64,000 bases of DNA from an uncultured Bacilli bacterium. Its GTDB lineage: Bacteria > Bacillota_I > Bacilli_A > RF39 > UBA660. Numbering within the stretch: position 1 is the first letter of the stretch; each line of letters opens with the position of its first letter. The notes under the pieces are model-generated. The model saw only the letters and a list, made by a program, of their open reading frames with translations. It was not told the DNA's origin and made no database searches. The translations under genes and the position numbers were made by a program. Positions 39,689-46,819 of this stretch are shown here, piece by piece. The stretch lies in the NCBI GenBank assembly GCA_944332705.1, contig CALVKM010000005.1, positions 3,618 to 67,617 on the forward strand, read 5' to 3'.

Positions 39689-39943
39689 TTATTTCTTCTT
39701 AACCTTTTCAATTTTTATAGTATAACCAATTGGAGCAAGTATCTTAAGTAAACTAAGTATACTTGGAGATGAGTAGCCGGATTCTATTCTGGCTATTTTT
39801 TCGCGTGGAACATTAGAGTATTTAGAAAATAGTTCCTGAGTTAAATTATTTTCTTTTCTAAATTGAATAAATTCTTTAATAAATATTTCATTAAGCTCAA
39901 AAGCATCATAAATAGTTTCAATATAATTTTTATCATAATCCAT
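39689..39943 (-). CDS. XRE-family helix-turn-helix transcriptional regulator
   Basis: LTQELFSKYSNVPREKIARIESGYSSPS HTH. AGGTGA RBS precedes ATG 39943. The ORF track extends to 39970 without an RBS. Confidence 0.75.
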   Translation of the reverse strand: MDYDKNYIETIYDAFELNEIFIKEFIQFRKENNLTQELFSKYSNVPREKIARIESGYSSPSILSLLKILAPIGYTIKIEKVKKK

Positions 39944-39961
39944 TTGTATCACCTGACAATA

Positions 39962-39981
39962 TTGTATCATATTTGATACAA
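39962..39981. promoter_or_regulatory. candidate operator of the XRE regulator
   Basis: Perfect inverted repeat TTGTATCA-tatt-TGATACAA, with a third half-site TTGTATCA at 39944-39951. Confidence 0.5.
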
Positions 39982-39986
39982 AAATG

Positions 39987-40015
39987 TTGCTATTTTTTGA
40001 AAAATATACTATAAT
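39987..40015 (+). promoter_or_regulatory. sigma-A type promoter of the acyltransferase gene
   Basis: TTGCTA, a 17-nt spacer, then TATAAT. Confidence 0.5.
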
Positions 40016-40048
40016 AATGACGAATTTTGTATGTGAAAGGGGATAATT

Positions 40049-40996
40049 ATGAAAAATTATGGACTATTAAAGTTTAAAGATGTAGATGTAAATAATTTTA
40101 CTTCAGATATTGGAATGGATATTAGAAAAGCTATTAATCCAGTATTAAGACGAATTTTAAGAGTAGCTGTAAAAGGGGATGTAATAGTAGAAAGATATCC
40201 CAAATTAGAAAAAAATAAACCATATGTATTTGTTTCTACTCATAGGTTTGTAGAAGATACAATAACAAATTTATCAGTTATAGATAGAAATGCATATGTA
40301 TTATTTGGAACTACAGATCAACTTGAAAATAATAAACAAGTTTATGCCGCTTGGTTAAATGGTTTTATTTATGTTAATAGAGAAGATGCTAAAAGTAGAC
40401 ATGATGCTATACCTAAAATGAAAAGAGTTTTGGCTAATGGTAATAGTGTTTTCTTGTTTCCAGAAGGAGGATTTAATAACTCTGAAAATTTGCTTTGTCA
40501 AAGACTGTTTTCAAGCCCATATATTTTAGCTAGAGACATGGGAGTAGAAGTTGTTCCAATTGCCCCATTCTATGAATTTGGTAGTGATAAAATTTATGTA
40601 ACTGTTGGAGACCCAATTGATTTAGGTAAATTTGAAAATAAAGAAATTGCATTAGATTATTTAAGAGATGTTTTAGCAACAATGGTATATGCTAATCTTG
40701 TGAATCATTCTACTGAAATTATTAGAGAAAATTTAAGTGATGATCCAAGAATGGATTATATGGAAGAAAGAAGGGCAGAATACCTAAAAAATAAATGGAC
40801 TAGAGATGTTTGGGATGAAGAACTAATTCAATATCGCAATGCTGCCGAAAAAGAATATCTTGCTGTAAAAGAAAGTATGGATAATATAGAAATAACTCCC
40901 CAAAATGCGGGAATTATGGGACCAATTTTAGTTAGAAGACAAGAAGATAAAAAATACGATTTTAAAGATTATATGCATAAAACTTGGAATAAATAG
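40049..40996 (+). CDS. lysophospholipid (1-acyl-sn-glycerol-3-phosphate) acyltransferase family protein
   Basis: HRFVED (HX4D) and FPEGG motifs. Confidence 0.7.
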   Translation: MKNYGLLKFKDVDVNNFTSDIGMDIRKAINPVLRRILRVAVKGDVIVERYPKLEKNKPYVFVSTHRFVEDTITNLSVIDRNAYVLFGTTDQLENNKQVYAAWLNGFIYVNREDAKSRHDAIPKMKRVLANGNSVFLFPEGGFNNSENLLCQRLFSSPYILARDMGVEVVPIAPFYEFGSDKIYVTVGDPIDLGKFENKEIALDYLRDVLATMVYANLVNHSTEIIRENLSDDPRMDYMEERRAEYLKNKWTRDVWDEELIQYRNAAEKEYLAVKESMDNIEITPQNAGIMGPILVRRQEDKKYDFKDYMHKTWNK

Positions 40997-41007
40997 TAGA
41001 AAAATAC

Positions 41008-41049
41008 GATTATTATTTAGAATTTATTTAAATAATAATCTTTTTTTTT
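41008..41049 (+). terminator. rho-independent terminator
   Basis: GATTATTATTTA / TAAATAATAATC 12-bp stem then T9. Confidence 0.7.
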
Positions 41050-41097
41050 GATTCAGGCTATGTTATAATTTAAATATATGATAGGATTAGAGGTGCA

Positions 41098-42936
41098 ATG
41101 ATGTCGTTAGAGTTTGAATTACCTTTATTTTCTTTTATATTTATTGCTTTGCTTACAGCAGTATATTTTATTAAAAAGAAGGTTCCTTTAGTAGAAAATA
41201 AAATGTATTGTGCAATATTAATAGCGGCTTTAATTGCAGCAGCAGTTGATACATTTGTCCATTTAGTAAGTGCTTATAATACTTTAGATGCTTTAAACAG
41301 TGACTATTATTTAGTAATTGATTATTGCAATAAAATAATTTCAACGATGTTTGTAATCATTTTTTCGTGTTTACTTTCCTATACATTACTAATATCGTAC
41401 AAAAAAGTTATGAAAAACTATAAAAAATTGTTTATTTGCATAATTGGTTTTACAATACTCTTTTATATTGCCACCTGCTTTACAACTGTAGACATAATTG
41501 AAGTTGGTTCTGTGCGTAATGTTGTTGGTTCAACTATAACTATGGGCTATGCCGTAGTAGCTTTATTAATTGCAGCAAATATCATATTTACAATTATAAA
41601 CTTTAAAAAGGGAGATAAAAGATATTACGCAATTTTTATAATTCTAATTATGTTAATTGTTTTATATATTTTATCACTTATTTTTAAAGGATTAATCATC
41701 TATGATGTTATTATGGCACTTCTTTGTTACATAATGTACTTTACTATTGAAGACCCTGATATAAAAATGATTGAACAGTTAAATATTGCTAGAGACACAG
41801 CTGAAAAAGCCAATGAAGCTAAAACAGACTTTTTATCTAATATGTCTCATGAAATAAGAACACCTCTAAATGCTATTGTTGGTTTTAGTAATCTGTTATT
41901 AGAAGACGAATCTGTTCCTGATTCTGCTAAAGAAGAAGTTAAAGACATAGTAATGTCTGCAGATAACTTACTAGAAATAGTTAATGGTATTTTGGATATT
42001 TCAAAAATTGAAGCAAATAAATTAGAAATAGTTAATACGGAATATGTTTTTTCGAAAATGTGTAATGAGTTAGTTGCTTTGTCTATTGGTAGACTTGGTG
42101 ATAAACCGATAGAGTTTAAAACAAGTTTTGATCCATCAATACCTAAAGTTTTATATGGTGATGTAAGTAGGATTAAACAAATATGTGTAAATATATTAAC
42201 TAATGCTATTAAATACACTAAAGAAGGATGGATTGAATTTAAAATAAGTGGTGTTATTAAAAATAATGTTTGTAGATTAATAATATCAGTTGAAGATACG
42301 GGTATAGGAATTAAAAAAGAAAATATTGATAAGTTATTTAATAAGTTTGAACGACTTGATTTAGAAGAAAATGTAACAATCGAAGGAACTGGTTTAGGTT
42401 TAGCTATTACTAAAAAACTAGTAGAACTTATGAATGGAAAAATAGTTGTTCAAAGTGTTTTTGGCAAGGGTTCTAAATTTACAGTTAGTATTGATCAAAG
42501 AATAGTAAAAAATCCTACAATTAAGTTAGAAGAAACAGAAGAGTTGGGCGAAAAAGTAATAACTCATAATAAAAAAGTGTTACTGGTTGATGATAATAAA
42601 ATTAATTTAAAAGTAGCTGAGAGATTGCTTGAATCATACGGAATTGACACTGAAAGTGTCGAAAGTGGAGCTGCGGCTTTAGAAAAGATTCAAAATGGCG
42701 AAAAATATGATATGATATTATTAGATGATATGATGCCTAAAATGAGTGGGGTAGAAACACTTAAAAAATTAAAAGAAATCCCAGGCTTTAAAATCATCAC
42801 AATTGCTCTAACTGCCAATGCCCTAACGGGAATGCGCGAAAAATATTTAAGTGATGGTTTTGATGATTATTTAGCAAAACCAATTAATAAAAATGAGCTA
42901 AATAAAGTAATTAATAAATATTTAAATGATGATTAA
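41098..42936 (+). CDS. hybrid sensor histidine kinase/response regulator
   Basis: Multi-TM N-terminus, H-box SHEIRTPLNAI, N-box NILTNAIKYT, G-boxes DTGIGI and GTGLGLAI, and a C-terminal REC (LLDDMMPKMSG, AKPI). Confidence 0.9.
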   Translation: MMSLEFELPLFSFIFIALLTAVYFIKKKVPLVENKMYCAILIAALIAAAVDTFVHLVSAYNTLDALNSDYYLVIDYCNKIISTMFVIIFSCLLSYTLLISYKKVMKNYKKLFICIIGFTILFYIATCFTTVDIIEVGSVRNVVGSTITMGYAVVALLIAANIIFTIINFKKGDKRYYAIFIILIMLIVLYILSLIFKGLIIYDVIMALLCYIMYFTIEDPDIKMIEQLNIARDTAEKANEAKTDFLSNMSHEIRTPLNAIVGFSNLLLEDESVPDSAKEEVKDIVMSADNLLEIVNGILDISKIEANKLEIVNTEYVFSKMCNELVALSIGRLGDKPIEFKTSFDPSIPKVLYGDVSRIKQICVNILTNAIKYTKEGWIEFKISGVIKNNVCRLIISVEDTGIGIKKENIDKLFNKFERLDLEENVTIEGTGLGLAITKKLVELMNGKIVVQSVFGKGSKFTVSIDQRIVKNPTIKLEETEELGEKVITHNKKVLLVDDNKINLKVAERLLESYGIDTESVESGAAALEKIQNGEKYDMILLDDMMPKMSGVETLKKLKEIPGFKIITIALTANALTGMREKYLSDGFDDYLAKPINKNELNKVINKYLNDD

Positions 42937-42947
42937 GGAGGATATTC

Positions 42948-43727
42948 ATGAAAGATGTAAATTTATTAATTGAAAATGGAGCTAATGTTAAGAAAGCTTT
43001 AGAGTTATTCGGAGATATGGAAACTTATGATGATACTTTAAGTACCTTTCTTGCAGAAGTACCAGATAAGTTACAAAAAATTAAAAACTACAAAGAAGTT
43101 GGAGATATGGCTAATTATGCAATTCAAGTGCACTCTCTAAAAAGTGATGCCCGTTATTTTGGTTTTGAAAAATTAGCAGAAATTGCTTATGAACATGAAC
43201 TTAAGAGTAAAGCAAATGATATGTACTTTGTTACAGAACATTTTGATGAATTAATGATTGAGGCCAACAGAATAGTAAATTTGGTTAAAAAATATATGGG
43301 TATTGGGGGAGTAACTGAAGAAGAGTACCAAAAACCAACTAATCATGATAAAGCAATACTTGTTGTAGATGATTCTAATATAATTAGAAACTTTATTTTA
43401 AAAATATTTAAAGATGATTTCAAAGTAATTGTAGCAAATGATGGTAAGGAAGCTCTAGATATTATTAATGATCCTGAGAAAAATACTAAAATTAAAGCTA
43501 TGTTACTTGATTTAAATATGCCAAATGTTAATGGTTTTGAAGTACTTGATTATTTTAAAGAACACGATTTATTTACCAAATACCCAACAAGTATAATTAC
43601 TGGCGTTGATGATAAAGAATCAATTGAAAAAGCTTATAAATATCCAATTATTGATATTTTACTTAAACCATTTAATGAAAGAGATGTTAAAAAAATATTA
43701 GAAAAAACTCTAAATAATATTATGTAG
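42948..43727 (+). CDS. Hpt domain - receiver domain fusion protein (phosphorelay, no output domain)
   Basis: Hpt motif HSLKSDARYFG, then a REC domain (VVDDSNII, LLDLNMPNVNG, LKPF). Confidence 0.85.
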   Translation: MKDVNLLIENGANVKKALELFGDMETYDDTLSTFLAEVPDKLQKIKNYKEVGDMANYAIQVHSLKSDARYFGFEKLAEIAYEHELKSKANDMYFVTEHFDELMIEANRIVNLVKKYMGIGGVTEEEYQKPTNHDKAILVVDDSNIIRNFILKIFKDDFKVIVANDGKEALDIINDPEKNTKIKAMLLDLNMPNVNGFEVLDYFKEHDLFTKYPTSIITGVDDKESIEKAYKYPIIDILLKPFNERDVKKILEKTLNNIM

Positions 43728-43728
43728 T

Positions 43729-44205
43729 ATGGAAGATTTATTAAAGTTTTTAGATATTAAGTATGCTAGTGTTACCCATAAACCAGTGTATACTTCTAAG
43801 GAAGCTCAGTTTATTAAAGAAAAAATAAATGGTATTGGTTGTAAAAATTTATTTTTAAAAGATAATTTAGGTAAATATTATTTATATGTATTTGAAGATA
43901 CTAATAAAGCTAATATCAAAGCATTAGAAAAGTTTTTAGAAGTTAAAAAACTACATTTTGGTAGTAGTGAAGAATTAGAAAATATTTTAAAATTAATACC
44001 TGGTGGAGTAACACCTCTAGGTATTATTAATGATACATCTAATTTAGTATGTATTATTTTAGATGAATCTTTAGTAAACAATAAATTATTAGTTCATTTA
44101 AATACTAATACAACAACTATAGCAATAGATTATAGTGATTTAATCAAATATATTACATATTTAAAACATGAATATAAAATATTTAAAGGAGATAACAATG
44201 AATAG
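43729..44205 (+). CDS. YbaK/ProX-type aminoacyl-tRNA trans-editing domain protein
   Basis: H.PVYTSKEA...CKNLFLKD...YYLYV...GGVTPLGIIND...NTNTTTIAI matches the prolyl-tRNA-synthetase-associated domain pattern. Confidence 0.7.
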   Translation: MEDLLKFLDIKYASVTHKPVYTSKEAQFIKEKINGIGCKNLFLKDNLGKYYLYVFEDTNKANIKALEKFLEVKKLHFGSSEELENILKLIPGGVTPLGIINDTSNLVCIILDESLVNNKLLVHLNTNTTTIAIDYSDLIKYITYLKHEYKIFKGDNNE

Positions 44206-45055
44206 ATATAAATCTGGAAAAATTGCTAGTATATTAGGTATACTTGGCAATCTTTTTTTGCTTATTATAAAAGGTATTGTTGGCATGCTTACTAAAAGTC
44301 AAGCAATGATTGCTGATAGTATTAATAGTGCTAGTGATATAATCTCATCAATTCTTACTTTTATAGGTAATAAAGTAGCTAGTAAACCTAGGGATGAAGA
44401 TCACCATTTAGGTCATGGAAAAGCGGAGTATATATATTCAATGCTTATAAGTGTATTAATTATTTTAGTAGCTATAACAGTATTTAAAGATTCAATTGTA
44501 TCTTTATTTGATCCAAGTAACTATAATTTCTCTATTTGGTATATTATAGTTTGTATTGTTACTATATTAGTTAAGTTAGGTTTATTTTTATATACTAATA
44601 AAGTTGCTAAAGTACATAATAATTTATTAATACTAGCTAATTCAAAAGATCATCGTAATGATATGGTAGTAACCTTTTTTACGCTCTTATCAGGAATATG
44701 CATGTGTTATAGTATTAGTTTTGTAGATAGTGTTGTGGGTATTGGTATATCTATATTTATATTAATTACAGGTATTAAAATATTTATAGCTAGTTATGAT
44801 GTTTTAATGGATAAAGCAATGAATGAAAATACTAAAAAGGAAGTTATGGATATAATAAAAAAATATAAAGAAGTAAAAAAGATTCAACATTTTAATGCAA
44901 CACCAGTTGGTTATTTATATCAAGTGTCATTTACTATATTTGTTGATGGCAACTTAAGTACTTTTGAATCTCACGATATTGCCAACAAACTAGAAGAAGA
45001 AATAAGTGCCCTAGATGATATTTATGTTACAATTATTCATGTTAATCCAATTTAA
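44198..45055 (+). CDS. cation diffusion facilitator family transporter
   Basis: ASILGILGNLFLLIIKGIVGMLTKSQAMIADSINSASD and HLGHGKAE motifs. AAGGAG RBS precedes ATG 44198. Confidence 0.85.
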   Translation: MNRYKSGKIASILGILGNLFLLIIKGIVGMLTKSQAMIADSINSASDIISSILTFIGNKVASKPRDEDHHLGHGKAEYIYSMLISVLIILVAITVFKDSIVSLFDPSNYNFSIWYIIVCIVTILVKLGLFLYTNKVAKVHNNLLILANSKDHRNDMVVTFFTLLSGICMCYSISFVDSVVGIGISIFILITGIKIFIASYDVLMDKAMNENTKKEVMDIIKKYKEVKKIQHFNATPVGYLYQVSFTIFVDGNLSTFESHDIANKLEEEISALDDIYVTIIHVNPI

Positions 45056-45109
45056 TACTTGTTATTTTGGCTGATTGTGTTAAAATAAAGAAGAAGTATG
45101 GTGATATAA

Positions 45110-45562
45110 ATGGATAGAAGACAAAAAAGTTTTATAATAGTATTAGCTATAATATTAATGATACTAATAATTAGTTTTATTTATGCACTTATCAAACAAA
45201 ATGAAGAAGAACAGGCCGAGATAAATAAATTACACACAGATTTATCACTTACAGAAATTATAAGAGTTGAAAATTATACTGTAGATGAAGAAGACGAAAA
45301 CGAAGCAATCTTATTTATCACTAATCCTGATGCAGTTGCTGATATTGTCGCATTAATAAATGATGCTCCAATTAAATCAATTAGTGCTAGTGATATAACA
45401 ACTCAAAGTGAAACAAGTAGCAATTACAGTTTAGAATTTTTAGATAGCGATAATAACACAATATTATTTCTTGATGGTGATATAATAACCTATAATGATA
45501 ATTTTTATCAGGTTACTTATAATTATGATTATCTATTAGAAATTATAGAAAGTGTAGAATAA
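45110..45562 (+). CDS. N-terminally membrane-anchored protein of unknown function
   Basis: 150 aa with a FIIVLAIILMILIISFIYALI anchor. Its last codons and stop lie inside direct-repeat copy 1. Confidence 0.5.
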   Translation: MDRRQKSFIIVLAIILMILIISFIYALIKQNEEEQAEINKLHTDLSLTEIIRVENYTVDEEDENEAILFITNPDAVADIVALINDAPIKSISASDITTQSETSSNYSLEFLDSDNNTILFLDGDIITYNDNFYQVTYNYDYLLEIIESVE

Positions 45563-45582
45563 AAATCTACATTTTTTTAAAT
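45553..45582 (+). repeat. 30-bp direct repeat copy 1, also a rho-independent terminator
   Basis: TGTAGAATAAAAATCTACATTTTTTTAAAT, with TGTAGA/TCTACA stem, 7-nt loop and T7. Identical to 51107-51136. Confidence 0.95.
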
Positions 45583-45650
45583 AACTATATTAATGTGAAA
45601 GATGATTGTGTGTTATAATATTATGTAATTAATTCGGAGGAGGTAGAAAA

Positions 45651-46241
45651 ATGGGAAAGTTGTCAAATATGATGTATATGATAGATTTATTAAATACAGG
45701 AAATATATATACATTAAAAGAGTTATCTGAAAAAATTGGAGTAACAGAAAGGATGATTCGCTATTATAAAAATGAAATTTGTAATAATGGAATTGTCATT
45801 GAAAGCTTTAAGGGGCCGAATGGTGGATATTTTATGATTGATAAAGTAAAAAATTATATTAATGTTAATAAATATGATATTCAATTATTAGAAAACATAG
45901 CTAATTTTTTATCCGAAAATAATTTTGAATACATGGATAAATTTAGTAAATTTTTAGATAAAGCCAAAAAAATGTATTCAATTTATGATGAGAAAAGTAA
46001 ATATATTTCAAATATAGATATTGATATACCAGGAGAAACAGAAAAAATAATTGAATCTGCAATCAGCAAAAATGAAAAAGTTGAAATTATATATAATGAT
46101 ATTGATGGCGGACAGTCAAAAAGAACAATTCATCCACTCCATTTGTTTAAATATAAAGATGATTTTTATATTACAGCATTTTGTGAGTTGAGAAATGATA
46201 TAAGACATTTTGAATTAAAAAGGATTGTTAATATAAAATAA
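45651..46241 (+). CDS. HTH-WYL domain transcriptional regulator (short YafY-like, no WCX extension)
   Basis: N-terminal wHTH YTLKELSEKIGVTERMIRYYKNEI. C-terminal WYL-like KVEIIYNDIDGGQSKRTIHPLHLFKYKDDFYITAFCELRNDIRHFELKRI. Confidence 0.75.
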   Translation: MGKLSNMMYMIDLLNTGNIYTLKELSEKIGVTERMIRYYKNEICNNGIVIESFKGPNGGYFMIDKVKNYINVNKYDIQLLENIANFLSENNFEYMDKFSKFLDKAKKMYSIYDEKSKYISNIDIDIPGETEKIIESAISKNEKVEIIYNDIDGGQSKRTIHPLHLFKYKDDFYITAFCELRNDIRHFELKRIVNIK

Positions 46242-46292
46242 TTAAGACGAAATATTTCATTTTGTTGTGATATAATATTTTCAAGGAGAAAA

Positions 46293-46814
46293 ATGATTAT
46301 GATGAATGATTATATTTTTATTGATTTTGATGGAGTTATTTTGAATTCGGAAGAGAGAATGTTACAGAGAAAATATGATTTGGGGCTACGAGATCATAAA
46401 AATAAAAATGAGTTTGACAAATATTTTGAATATACAAATTTAAATCCTGAAGAATGGGATTATATTATTAGAGAGGCCAATTCAATTAATGATTCTGTTG
46501 AAATAATAAAAGAACTTGAACAAATGAAAACAAAAATTGCAATTTTAACAAAAATTCACACTCTTTATGAAATGAAAGTGAAAATCGAGGATTTAAGAGA
46601 AAATAGAAACATTATGTGTCCGGTATTCTTTGTTCCGCCTGGAATAAAAAAGTATCAAGTTATTATACCAAATAATCAGTTACTTATTGATGATTCGGAA
46701 AAAAATATTAGAGAATGGATTGAAAATGGTGGTTCCGGTTTAATATTTGATTCTACTATTGATAAAGATACACATGGAAGAGTTAGGAGTTTAGAATTTT
46801 TAACTAAGAGGTAG
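46293..46814 (+). CDS. HAD-superfamily phosphatase, 5'(3')-deoxyribonucleotidase (NT5C)-like
   Basis: Motif I IDFDGVI and motif IV LLIDDSEKNIREW. The size (173 aa) is typical of NT5C-type nucleotidases. Confidence 0.6.
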   Translation: MIMMNDYIFIDFDGVILNSEERMLQRKYDLGLRDHKNKNEFDKYFEYTNLNPEEWDYIIREANSINDSVEIIKELEQMKTKIAILTKIHTLYEMKVKIEDLRENRNIMCPVFFVPPGIKKYQVIIPNNQLLIDDSEKNIREWIENGGSGLIFDSTIDKDTHGRVRSLEFLTKR

Positions 46815-46819
46815 TACAT

